NCBI GenBank assembly: GCA_002633005.1
Contig: NMRA01000434.1
Coordinates: 262,001-326,000 of the forward strand
Reading direction: 5' to 3'
Origin: Phoronis australis
Lineage: Eukaryota > Animalia > Phoronida
Length of the DNA stretch: 64,000 bases
A model generated the notes under the pieces. The model made no database searches. It was not told where the DNA came from and worked only from the letters and a program-made list of their open reading frames with translations. The position numbers were made by a program, and so were the translations under genes. Positions 49,688 to 62,657 of this stretch are shown in pieces (position 1 is the stretch's first letter; every line of letters begins with the position of its first letter).

Positions 49688-50135
49688 AGCAACTGCAAGT
49701 AGCAAAATTCAAACATTTCAAAATGAAACTAGTTTAAAATAAAATAAATTTTCAGTGAATACACGTTTTATTATTACATAACACATGCTCACTCAATCTC
49801 AACAAATACAAAAATGATTTCTTCATAACAGCTGCTGAATATCTTCTTTCTCAAACATTTTGTTTGACCTTGAAAACACAGGCTACAATTTAGGAATGCT
49901 TGCTACATTCAATGGAAAACATGCTTCCAATTACGTAGATGAATTAAAACCACCCTACACTGTCAGTAACCCATAGGACAGTCAATGTTAGCTTTACTAA
50001 AGACGTCCCATTTGAGCATTCCATGCGTAAGCATACACATTTTAAAAAATTGGAATGTAAAAATATCACATATAATCGACACATTCATAAAAGAAACGGA
50101 AGATTGCGCACAAAACCTAACAGCACACCACAGCA

Positions 50136-53100
50136 CTAGCTTAGGAATTTCTTGACACCAAAAGGGGGCGGAAGCGCCTTGTGAGGATTGAGTTTTTCAT
50201 CATGGTTGGGAGAATTGGGAAGTGGTTGCAGTCGAGATGCGTGTGTTCCCATCTGATTGAGTGACGGGGCACTCACATAGCGCTCAACTTGTCCGCGTTC
50301 ACCTTTTTTCTTCTGTAAAAACAAAAGGCAATAATTCTAATTCATTGAAAAAGCAAAGGATACTTAATGCAAAGATGACACAGGGTTGAGTCAGCAGGCT
50401 GTCTTGGTTTGACTTAAGTTAACCAAGGCATCATTATCAGAATCAAGAAAGTTGGTTTGTTATACTGTCTCTGGTACCGTATTCACCGTAATAACCGCCC
50501 ACGGCGCTTAGAAAAGTTCGTTTTAGAAGGGGGCGCTTATTATAACCCAAGGCCGTTGAAACCCAGTCTGCGAAACGGGTGAAATCGGAAGCTAAGATTC
50601 ATCATATTTACGCTCTGTGATGTATCTGTAATCTATGAAAGACTTTCTACAAAACCGTGGTGCATTGCTATCAAACTTTGCTGCTAAATTACGATCGTTT
50701 TACAGAAAATTGTGCTGAAATCCCAGGGCGAAAACTCGCCGACTGCCTGCCTCGCAATCGTCAATATGGCAACTTCAATGCTTGAATAGCACAGTTTTGA
50801 CTCAAGCAAATTACCCTGATATCCTCCTTAAGTTTTCGAAGTAACGTCCCTAAGATTTTTAAGTTCCCGTGGAGTCGGGATCACGGCAGGTTTAAGAACA
50901 AATCTGTGCTACATCGTGCCATCTACGTGTATGATCGGCAACATGAGAAAAATGTCTGGACAAACACACATGTTGTTGTCACGTGACGTTTGCTTTAAAG
51001 TTGCCTGTGTTTGTGAGTAAGCGAGCGCGTGCGTGTCACCAGAGTTCATTTGCCAGACCAGAGACTGTCTTTCGGCCAGAGCCACAAAATCTAACAAGCT
51101 AGATGTGCATTGTGTCTAAAGAAATTGCACAAGCAGTAGGTCTAAACCAGTGCGTGTTTCATTCAGCACTTGCCGGTCTCATGTGCTAAAAACGTTCAAC
51201 ATTTGTCTCGGTAAGGCCATATTAGTCGCCGTGTGGCTGGATGCGTACGTGACTATCTGACACTTATTTTTCGGTGTAAGGGTGTGTAAGCATTCACTGT
51301 CAGTGGTCATTTTATCGGATATTTGGCTTAAAAACACCAATTGATCTATCGCAAGGTTCGCCTCTAAGCGAAAAGTCACGTGATACCCGACATCCGAACG
51401 AGATGTCAGAGGCAAATACACTGTCGCTAAACGACGTTCCTGGTGAAATCGATGAGTGTTTTTGCACTATTTGAAAACGCATCGACAGAAACAAGAGGCG
51501 ATGCTTTTCAACAGTGAATCGTACGTTCATGATATGGGAATTTGTAAAGGTGACGATGAAAAAATAAGTGCTCGGGGAGCCAGAGAAAATCGGAAGAACC
51601 CCGGCGTCGGGGCCACCTTCACCTGACAAATGACAAGGCCACTGATACGATATGTTCATGTAAGGCTGGGTATGTACCTTAAAGTCGAATTATCTGTACG
51701 ATTCCATAGATTTCACGATCTTTCGAATAAAATCAGTGAAGATTCACCGATATTTTTATTCTGTCGTCTGCTAAATTTCGCCGAATGAAAAGTAGGTCAC
51801 AATTGGTGGGACTCCTGGAGTAAAGTAGGTCATAGATTACAGACAACACATGCACTATAGTCTCTGACTAGATCAACTCAATAGCTTTTCTAATCTTGTC
51901 ACGAAATATTTTGATAAAAAAAATTCAGGTTCATAGCTCAGGTACACACTCATCTCGTCCTGGGCAAACAATTAGCTCCGGTAGCCTAGGTCTAGGGCTG
52001 TGTCTAAGTAAAATTAATGTCTGGAATTCAGTCAGTGGCGGATCTAGGATACCTCAGGGGGGCCCAACATATGTTGCCTCGTGGAATTGGGCAAAGTGCG
52101 ATTGTATGTGCACAGGCGGCCCGAAAGTTGCAGGGGCCAGGGATGTAGACCGTTGGACCTTCTGTTCAGAAAATCTATCGGTGGACAAAAAAAAAANACA
52201 GCTCGACCAAGGCTTTGAGTTCCGGCAGTAATCCAGTGTCCTTCCCTGTGCCGATTGAATCTCTGAATTTTGACCGGGAGAGAAGTTCAGCTGAACGCCA
52301 GCTTACGGTTTATGAATAACAAAAATGTACCTCTGATACGAATCAAAATAATGTCCATTAGGTTGAAATAAATAAAAAACATATAATAAAAATGTCCTTA
52401 AAAACAACAATTTCCAGGGACTGTCGCTGGAGTGCTGAGATCCAGCAGGTGCCGAGACAAAGGCGGCCAGACGTAGCCAACTGGGGAGTCAAAATCTGAG
52501 ATAGCCCTGCACCGTAGCCACCACGCTGAAAAGTGCGTATCTAGGAACTAATATATATGTTTATTATAGCCTTTGAGTTATCAAGCAACATCGGTAAGTT
52601 CAGCTGCTCGTCTGGCCGTACAGTTTGATCCATAGTTTACGCTTTTCAACATCATTTTTCGGCTTAGAACATGCCAAGAAATGACGGGATATTATTCTGG
52701 AGCAGCATAACGGCTGTCGGTGCTACACACGCCATATCAACACCGTTCCCCCATTCTTAGCGGACAATCTCTTGAGCTATAGACTAAAGTAAGTTTTACT
52801 CGACTATGTGTGGTTTGTCGGGTAAAATGGCGTCTTGAAAACGTAGACGAAGGTGTGCCAAGAATGCTTTGTTCTCATTGGTCAATTAAGCCATCCTTCA
52901 TAATCCTGGCGATAGGTCAATTATGGTTAATCAAACAATTCGTCTTAAAAATAACGCAAACATTTTTTTATAGTATGAGCAACTGTCAGAAATTAGTGCC
53001 AATATTCATTTCTTGCCGATGCTATTCTACCCGTTTCATGAATGGATAGTTTCCGACTAATGCCTTTGATGATAGGTTCATGTATTCTATATAGTGCGCG

Positions 53101-56100
53101 CTTCCTGGCCACGTGCTTTTAACACTGGCCAAGCTTTTTATTAGTCTTCGATTCACGGTTTTCACGTGTAGGCCAACAAAGAAATTTGGATTCCTGTTGA
53201 AAGCGGGAAATATCTACAAAGCAATCCCGTAGACAAGTACACTACTTCTGTTCTGAAAGGCCAGACCATTGGTCCTCACAATATCAGCAGAACTTTTGTG
53301 TTCGTTTTGAGGCATGACGGAAGTTTGAAGTGTATAGTCACGGCTAAATACCGACATAGCGACGAGGCTCGTGGTCTACAAATTCTGCGCACAAGGATTT
53401 TTTTCAGTACTGTCGGATATTATTGATAAATTGAAGACGTTACTGTAGAATTTTAGGACTGTAGGTAAGGCATTTTTCACATGTACACGTTCATGGACTG
53501 GGCGCTTATTTTAGCAAAGTCTGAAAACGCATGGAGAGTGCTTATAGGGGCATGGGCGGTTATTACGGCGAATACAGTATACGGGACAGAAATATGTTAA
53601 TTCCGCACAAACATGATGTAATACTAATATCAAGAGTTAATATAACACTTAATACTATGAAACTACACTTTGCCATGAATCGTTGCTTCAAACAGTAAAA
53701 TTTGAAAAAATTGCAAAGTACAACTGGCACCTTGTTTATACTGAATAACTGGACCCTGATAACCGTTAACTGTTTCCATCCATGAACATTTTGACATCAT
53801 TATTCAACAAACTAAAGACGGTATATCAATACATGGTTGTGACAGGTCAGCTCACCTTCATTAAAGGATTAAGAACTCCCACTTTAGGGTCCCCTGTGAA
53901 CACTTTGTTAAAGTTTGTCTCTCGGTTGACCAGCTCCATTTGGTAGAACTTCTTATCATCCTGTAACAACAATAGCATTATACTATACCACAACAAAAGC
54001 ATGACAACCATCGACTTATTGACAGAATGAAAGTTTATACTTGGCGCTGTAACATAGTATAGGGGACAGAGTAGTTACCTACCAGTGACTTGTTTGTGTT
54101 TGCGGACCCAGCTATCGAGCCTGTCCTGGGCTTTTTGTCGGGGTACTGGCGGAAACCTTCGTGTCACATGGTCACCAGTGGGTGGTCCATGGTGGTTATC
54201 CAACAATACTGGAGGCTATTACTTGTGAGGAGGCGCTGGTTCATAGGTGGTAATTCAAAATCTGTCTTTTCTGTTCAATTTTTTCCCTCATTAATATTGT
54301 TAATATTGCTGGGCTCAGGGTGTAGATAGTGGTCACAAAGTAGGTGCAGTATTTTTGGATTTTAAAAAAGCTTTTGATCTCGTTGATCACAATATACTTC
54401 TAAGCAAATTGTTAATTTACAAGGTGGGCAAGGTCTCCCTAGACTGGTTTAAATCATATCTCTCAGAGAGGTGCCAGGTTGTATCCCTTGGTGGACATCT
54501 GTCTGTGTCCCGAGGTATCACACACGGTGTTCCCCAGGGATCCATTCTGGGACCTCTGCTGTTTTTACTTTTTATAAATGATCGGTTGACATGTATGTAG
54601 ATGATACTACTTTGTCTGTTATGGCAAACTCGCTGATCGCTGTAAAGGACAGACTCCAGTCTGATCTGGATAAGGTTGCTACCAGGTGTACTGATAATAA
54701 AATGGTAATTAATGCTGAAAAAACAAAATGTATGAGTAGTGCCTCAAAGCAACGGCATAGTAGAAGTAATCTTGAGCTTAACCTTGCTATTTCCAATGTA
54801 CGCCTCAAATATGTTGACAGTGAAAAGTTATTAGGTGTTACTGTAGACAAGACCATCAGCTGGTCTAGCCATATAAATGGGACTGTGTCCAAAATTAGGC
54901 AGCGACTTGGTCTTCTCCGGCGTGTATCACCATTTCTTCCCACAGAAGGGCGTCTGCAATATTTTAGCACTTGTGTATTCCCTCTGTTTGTTTATTGTAG
55001 TACAGTGTGGTCAGGATGCAATGCAAAATTAGTTTCCTCTTTATTGAAGGCTCAGAAGCAGGTGGCCAGACTTGTTCTAGGTGTGCCTTTTGACACTCCG
55101 CCAACTCATATGTTTAATAGACTGGGGTGGCTCTCTATTGACAAATATTTTATATACAGGCGTCTGTGTATGATGCATAGGTGCTTTCACGGTAATGTAC
55201 CGACTTATCTATCTCGTAATCTCGTACCAGATCAGGACAAGATTTTCTGCCTCAAACAATTTGGTTTTGCCCAGACACAGAACACCGTTTTATTCTAATT
55301 CCTTCTTTATTCAGACCATCCAACAGTGGAACAATTTGCCTAATAGTCTTAAGGATGCTGACTGTTATGATAATTTCAGACACCACCTCATCAGTTACTT
55401 GTGGTCATCATAAATGTCCCTCCTTTTTGTCTTTCCAATATATTTACCAAAAATTTTTATTTAATCTATTTATTTATCTTTAATTTAATTTGTTAATCCA
55501 ATTTGTAAATGCTATTTTATTTAATGTATCTTAATGTATCTTATTGTATCTTAATTTAATCTGTTTATCTAACTTAATTTAATTAATTTAATTTCTTGCT
55601 GCAGAGGACCATGCTGGATATTAGCCTTTGGATAAAGCATGTTTTAAATTTATTGTATTTTTATCCTCTTTAAATAAAGTTTATTATTATTATTATCATT
55701 ATTTTTTTAGTCTGGTGCCTACATTCCAAGCAGTCTAACCAAAATATTTGGTAGGACAATCTGGACATTCAATCATGTATATCACCCCGCTTTTCTTGTT
55801 GTCATCCGACTTGGCGACCACGCGACACGAAAATTACCGCCAGTACCCTGACAGAGGGTCCAGGATGGGCTCGTAAGCAAGTTTCACAAATACAAACAGG
55901 TCGTTGACAGGTAACTACTCTATTCCCTAAATCAATTTATCGTTATTTCTCAACTATCTTGAATTTCTCTTTAATGCAGAACATCAATAAACTCAAACAG
56001 AATACCCTACAAACTCACAGACCAATTGCTTCAAATTAATGCACAATTTTACAAAATGAACTTATTTGCACAACACTACTTTAAACATTGACCATCAACA

Positions 56101-59100
56101 ATGAAGAAGCACGTAATCAAATCATAACAAAATGCCAGTAAAAAAACCTGTTAACCTGTGATTAATCATGGTCACAACCAAAACTCTTCATAAGGATCAT
56201 AGGACATAAAGTAGAGGTCATAACCGCAGTAGAGTCAGCAAATGGTTCACACAATTTTCACGTTCTAACTCGTAGAACAGTAAACATCACTCGGCCAATA
56301 TCACAGTACCTACCAGTAATTTCTTCATTTCCATTGCCCTCTCCTCCACTGCCTGCTGTAGCTCAGCTATCCTCTCTATGTCCTCAGGACGCGACTCACG
56401 GTTGCGGTACCTGTCCTCAGCCTCTTCCAACCTGAAGGAAATAATGCATATGCCACATTTTGAAGAAAATGTTTAATACCACACTCGTATGGGTTTATGC
56501 CCAGGGTGTTGACAGTAAGCTTAGCATGGGTGTTTTGCAAAGTCAGGGTGGGAGTTTACACATAAACTTAATTCCTGTAAATGCATCATACTCATGCAAG
56601 TCACTTATTATATACAGTACAACATCAAATAATCGGACAAAATACAATTTTCCAGCCATGACAGCAAATTCTGTTAACACTAAAAAGTAGCGATAATAAC
56701 GAGGTTGGAAATTTTAGTTAAAGAATGGCTTGGCCACTTTACTAACTTTCCAGTTAATTCCCCTTCACTCTTCGTCACGAGAGAGAAGACTACTTAGACA
56801 ATGAATTTGGCTTCTGCCCCACCGCCATAACGGGATTTTGGGTCATTTTGTCCAACTACTTTTGGCTTGTACTATAGTGCAAAGTGCACCCGAAACTGTA
56901 GACGTTCATTTCTCTATGGTAAGCATGTTTTGAACAATTTGGGTTCACACGAGACGGGCGTTCACAAACACACAGAACCTTTCAAGGGAGTATCTATGTA
57001 TAAATTGAGACTGGGCGGTAAACCGATCGTGGGCATTTAAAAGCGAAAATTTAGCATCGTAACCAAGACAATTACAGTATATATCAGGCATAACTAAAAC
57101 ATTGTTTCTCTCTGCTTGTCGGCCTGCAAAATATGTGTGCAATTCAAAATATTTTATTTGCATTCTGAGAAACCTTTTTTCAATTTTTAAATGAAAATGC
57201 TGTTGCAATAGAAAATAATGTAGCCTGCCAATGAATAGTTGCAAGTGTAAACAATTGCCCGCATGGGTACCTGAATGAAAACTATATCTAAAACCTGCAA
57301 AACTTTTGACAATGTGACTGCACAAGTCTATTCCAATGTACGGGTCAAAATCATGTCATAATAGTGCCAAACACGTCATCATTAAACATCAATCCCCAAA
57401 TCCACGTGTGTCAACTAATTCAGACTGTCCACAAATTAAGCAGCTTTTTCACCAATTAAACAGGATTGCTCACATCACAACTGAACAGTGCCCTCCGATA
57501 TATTGATAACAGGACTTGTAGAGCTTTCCTGAACAAATTCAGCACAGACACTTTTTGGGGCTGTTTTTCTAAGCTATAGTTGACCTACATGAACTGAAGT
57601 GCAGATATCTTGTCCTTGAGCAGTTCCTGTGCCCTGTTAAACTCTTCCAACATCTGCTGTGTCTCTGACAGATGGTCGTGGTTCAAGTGATCCACCTCGG
57701 CCCTATGTTGGTGAGCCAGCTGTTCCTCTTGCTTTCTGTAATGATCACCAGAGGGCAGTAATGTATCAACAGGTTAATTCCAAACGTAGATAAACAGGCT
57801 ATAAGAGTAGGTCACAACTCACTGAATTTATGGAGAAATTTATCAAATCTTGTCACGGTAGGCTATCAATTACTAAGTTTCTCTGCGCCAACTTGTTATA
57901 AGATCTAATGTCTTCACAGAACTAGTCAACATCTATCTGTTGCTTTCCACCCATGCAACTCAACTTATTAAGCAAAGGTTCAAGCACTGACTGACAGTCA
58001 GACATGACTAGGAACATGAGTAAGAAACAACTTGAGTCTAGTGGTATAGTACATAGAAGAATTTGACAGATGGCAGGTGCACAGCAACTATAAACACAAT
58101 GCAGACATATGAAAAGTGAAGGGATTTTGTGTGAGCAATTTTAACACATTCGAGGTTCAGACTAATCTTCAGTCCAGCCATAACAAATAACAAACAACAA
58201 ACATAACACTGGCCAACACATCATTTCTCCCTCACTCCAATCTTCATATCCCATAATTCCTCACCCCCTACTCACCTCAACGCCTGCGTTGCCTCACTCC
58301 GCACCTTCAGTATCTCCCTTCCCTTCTCCATCACCTCCTTGGCAGTTGCCTCCAGTTCTTTCTCCTTTTTCTTCACCTCTTCATCCAGGTTGCTGATGTG
58401 ACGTTCGCGTCGTCCTATCTCTTCTTTCATTTCACTAATCTTCATCTCGTGATCTTTCTCCTACATTCAATCAGTACACCAACCCCAATTAGCTGTAATG
58501 ACTACAGCAGTGTTTACTAATTAAAATCAAATGCAAATGGTGCAGCCAATTGGCACATCTATTGATCCTGGGAGATGACTTCATAAGAATTAACATTAGC
58601 AGTATTCACCACTAGTCTGCTAAAATGCCAAAGAATAAAGTCATTAGAAATCTGCCAATGCCCACTTACCTGTTCAAAGATTTAGGAAATGTCACTGATC
58701 AGATAAAAACACTAATAATAATAGTGATTCCAGTATTTAGAACACTCAAAATTCAAATACGTCCATGTTTGATACTGGCAGAAAATTTTTGTTGATTAAT
58801 CACTTTGTCCAACAAACTTAGCTTGAGGTCGGACTTGTAAATTGATAATTTGTGAGGCAAACTCGCAGTTCGTGAATTGAGGAGTCAAGTTCTCTATAAA
58901 GTTTGGCCATCTTTTCTTCCTCGTGAACTTTAAAACCAATCTCAAAGATGAAACCACACAGTGTAGAGTTGAAGACACTCTTTATGTGAAAGAGCCCCAC
59001 CTTGTGTCTACTGATCTCCATAGCCCGATCCAGCTCCATCCTAGCTGCAGCCATTTGTGTGGTGTGCGCCCTCTTGTGTTGGTCTAACTCCTGTTCATGT

Positions 59101-61223
59101 TGGCTTGATAGGTCCAATTTCAGCTTCTCTGGAAATACACATTATCGAAACACTTTAATTCATTGAATGAACATACATTTTCATGTAGGGCCAATACACT
59201 GAAGGTCTCTACAAACCAAACTTTAAGTACGATATCATGTCAAAATTTAATATAATAGCTTTCCTATTTTGGTCTGTGTATGTAAATAGATGCCCAAGAA
59301 TCCTTAACAATAAGCCTTCTACTTTAGGATTCACAGCATCTTAAATAAAACTAACCTACCACAGTCTACTCAAACAACATTCTCGTTGTACTAACCTATT
59401 ACTTCCATGTGTTTCTTTTCCAAGCTCGTAACTTCTTTCTCCTTCACCATCTCAGCCTGTTCTCGTATACTGTCCACTGTCAGTCGGTGTGCTGTCATTT
59501 GCGCTTGCATGTCCTCTAGATGTCGCTGCCGCAGGGTCTGTTCACTCTCCTGCATTTGTGGAATAACAACAAAACAGTATGAGCAGATGACTTCACCAGC
59601 TATGCTACAAACTAAGATCAATTGACATGATAAAAGTGGCCTTCAACCTGCATTCCGTTCAGGAACAAAACTTTAAACCACTCACTGCAACAAAATTCAT
59701 CTCAACTAATTGTCTTGTTCTGTACTCAGGTGCAAAGAGATTTCTGGGTTTGCATTAAACAGTTCCTGATTTTCTTAGACCTTGTTTGGCACATAAAATA
59801 ACACGCCATGACAAGTCAACTTTCTGAGCCTGATCTCTAACAATAATGAGCTTAGTGATACGTGGTTTAAATAAAAGTATTTTTGTAATGGAAGGCAAAT
59901 TTATAGCCACTTTATATAGAATGTATGGTAATTTGAAAGCGATTTACTTAGAAAATAATGTCCAAGTTATCAACAGCTTTGCCTTACCATCTTTTCCTTA
60001 TCCTTCACTTCCTCCAGTTTAGATAGTTTCTCTGCTTGACTCCTCTCCATCGATGCAATTTTCTCCGCATACTCATCTGCCGATTCTAGCATCTTTTCTA
60101 GTAGACGTTTGTTCTCTGCTTCAAGCTCACGACGCAGGTGATCCAAATCTTCAGATGCCTTTGAGTTCTGACTGTTCATCATGTTCTTCAGAGCAGATAT
60201 CTACAACATCAGGAATGAGAATACCATGAACTTTACAGGAAACTACCACTAATCTGACAAAAGATTTAGGGGAAGGTCTGGCAAGCATCGTTTCAGAATC
60301 ACAACTAGCTGCTTTCCACTTGGAATTTGAACATTCATGGCCATATCACAACCGGATGGAAAATTTCATCCCCACTCCTCCACCCACCATCCTTCAGTAT
60401 TATCAGTTTTTATTACTAGCCTTCCTTTAGCCCCACCTTTCTACTTGGTCTTTTATTATCCCCACCCACCTCCTACATCAGCTCTATATCCTCAATCCTC
60501 CAGTTGCAATCCTTCAGTACCATCAGTTTTCATTTCTAGCCTTCCTTTAGCCCCACCTTACTACTTGTCTCCAATTAGCTCCGCCTACCTGCTGCATGAG
60601 CTCTACCTCCACACACCTCTAGCTGCTATCCTTCAGTACCATCAGTTTTTACTAGCCTTCCTTTAGCCCCACCCTTCTACTTGTCTCCAATTAGCTCCAC
60701 CCACCTGCTGCATGAGCTCTACCTCCACACACCTCTAGCTGCTATCCTTCAGTACCATCAGTTTTTACTAGCCTTCCTTTAGCTCCGCCTACCTACTGCA
60801 TCAGATCAAGCTCCCTAGGTTTCCAATTCTCCCTTTCTAACATCATTTATTACTACCAGTTTAACCCACTAACCACATCGGTTCCGCCTCCATTTGCCAC
60901 TGTCCCTTCACAGTCAAAATTAGTGCCAGTCTGTTAATAGCCCCACCCACCTGCTTCATCAGCTCGGCCTCCTTAATCTTCCATCCATCCCTCACTGAAG
61001 TCAATTCATCCTCTTTCAGTCTCGTCAGCTGCTCCATTGCTGCCCTGCGGTCCTCATCCTTCTGAGCCGTCACATCACGTCGTAGCTTCTCACACTCCCG
61101 TCTCAGCGTCTCAGTCCACTTGGCATCCAAGTCTTGACCAAGCTGATCAAGCTTTGACTTGAGCTCGACACGCGATTCTTCCATTTTCTCATTGTGCAGC
61201 TTCAACTGTTTGTCTAATTCAGT
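50136..61223 (-). CDS. FAM184A: FAM184A-like coiled-coil protein, C-terminal ~499 aa (5' exons beyond the window or not recognised)
   Basis: Exons 61223-60951, 60200-59988, 59549-59396, 59128-59001, 58460-58276, 57735-57589, 56431-56314, 53960-53856, 50312-50136 (1500 nt, phases consistent). Diagnostic [70 protein letters not shown]. Confidence 0.9.
50477..53577. mobile_element. Non-autonomous Tc1/mariner (pogo-type) element, long form with ~1.6 kb extra internal sequence
   Basis: TA | ccgtattcaccgtaataaccgccc ... gggcggttattacggcgaatacag | TA. Both arms align to 20884-22322; ~51343-52944 is absent from the short copy. Confidence 0.85.
54062..55927. mobile_element. Old TIR element (~125-bp diverged inverted arms, TA-flanked) hosting a nested LINE
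   Basis: ggggacagagtagttacctaccagtgacttgtttgtg...gggtactggcggaaaccttcgtgtc at 54062-54185 is the imperfect reverse complement of 55801-55927. Confidence 0.65.
54330..55705 (+). mobile_element. 5'-truncated non-LTR retrotransposon (CR1/L2-group LINE) with a frameshifted reverse transcriptase
   Basis: [24 protein letters not shown]...[19 protein letters not shown] / MYVDDTT...[14 protein letters not shown]...QQWNNLP; frameshifts near 54590 and 55230; aataaa plus (TTA)n tail at 55673-55705. Confidence 0.92.
60385..60805. repeat. ~117-120-bp tandem repeat, ~3.5 copies, in a FAM184 intron
   Basis: ccttcagta(c/t)(c/t)atcagttttt...ctagccttcctttagc starts at 60391, 60511, 60630 and 60746. Confidence 0.9.
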
Positions 61224-61449
61224 CTAGAAAAGTTAAATGTGTAAAACACTGTTGACTGGTATGTTCAGTTTTTGTCAAAATCTCAATGTTTTATTGCGAT
61301 CGCGTTTGGTTTCCTTCAAAATCTAACTTGTCCATGGTAACTTGTATTGGTGTCAAAGCTACTCTTTCCTTTTTTACAACACTTAACAACATATAATGCA
61401 TGAGTCATGTCAACCACAACATATCACTAAAACAGGAATATGTCACAAA

Positions 61450-61951
61450 GTGCATTCCTGCATGTATTTATGGTTTCTACTAAAGGGAAGTCAGGTGTAC
61501 CGTTAGAAGCTAGAAAAGTACAACTTTTCTACTAAATATTTGCTTACTTCCGCATCGTGCTGAAACAGGGTTATTTGAGGATAAATTTTGACTACACTGG
61601 TTTGCACTGAAGTTTATGTAGTGCCAGTGTCTTAACAATGGCAGAAAGACAAACTGACTGTGTCAGACCAAAATGACAAAATAATGCATCTCCTCTGATG
61701 CACAGGTCAAGTTCACTCTTTCTTTGTGGCAAGCATACCACACAGAAACAGAAACAACTACATGTAGTTTGTGAAGTGTTTCACAAACTTTGAAACCTGA
61801 AAAAACTTGAAATCAACGCGTTGCTACTGAAGGCAGGTTAACTTCCAAACTTGAGAGAACTCAAAATTCAGGCAGTGGCAAGCATGGAAATGTGCATTCC
61901 TGCATGTATTTATGGTTTCTACTAAAGGGAAGTCAGGTGTACCGTTAGAAG
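61450..61951. repeat. Exact 60-bp direct repeats 442 bp apart
   Basis: gtgcattcctgcatgtatttatggtttctactaaagggaagtcaggtgtaccgttagaag at 61450-61509 and 61892-61951. Confidence 0.95.
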
Positions 61952-62251
61952 TCAAGTGTTGGTATTAAGATAACGTAATGGTAGAGTCGCTCACACAAAT
62001 GCTATCACCATTTTTAAGTACAAGTAGAATAAGACTGTACATGAGCCAAAAGAACCATCAAAGTGTGGGTATTTTTCCACCTGAATATGGCACGAATATG
62101 ATGAAACTTAATGTTCATCAAGGGTAAACAATTTTAACATTTTCTGGGAGCTAAAATCTCAGGTTAGAAGCATTCACAAAGACAAAAACACTTTTAAACA
62201 AGTTTTCATCATATAAACTGGGGGTGGGTAATAAACCATGCAGGGCAGGTG

Positions 62252-62657
62252 TTAAAGTGGAACTTGCACACTAATTCTTTATCACTGTGATTGCTTGGTC
62301 AAATTAATTAGAAACACAACATATAGCGATGATGTGAATGTGCAGAAGGTTGAAAATTGACAAATTTTGTTAAGAGCGAGAGTCTGTCCAAAATGATATG
62401 CCGTGAATCACTCAACTGCGTACAGTAAGTATCGTGATGTGGTGCTGGTGAATAACACTGAATGATGCGGGTTATGTGAGTCACCAAAGTACGTCATTAA
62501 TACAAAGGTCACCTATTTGCAGAATTTTTTCCTTCACATTTACAAGTTGTCAATAAATACAACTGCACTTTGTTTAGGTAGATGATGTTCAAATAGCATT
62601 GTCCTTTGGTTTCTGCTATACATTAGCATAGTTAGGCGCGTGCAAATACCTCTTTAA
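62252..62657 (+). mobile_element. ~400-bp TTAA-flanked interspersed repeat, copy 3 of 3
   Basis: ttaaagtggaacttgcacactaattc...ttagcatagttaggcgcgtgcaaatacctctttaa. Confidence 0.85.

Noticed and set aside
54083-54270. Extra FAM184 coding exon
   Set aside because: It has stops in all frames from the nearest acceptor and overlaps a transposon TIR, and the flanking exons already join in phase.
60337-60666. 109-aa Pro/Ser-rich ORF
   Set aside because: It is a translation of the ~119-bp tandem repeat, antisense in an intron.
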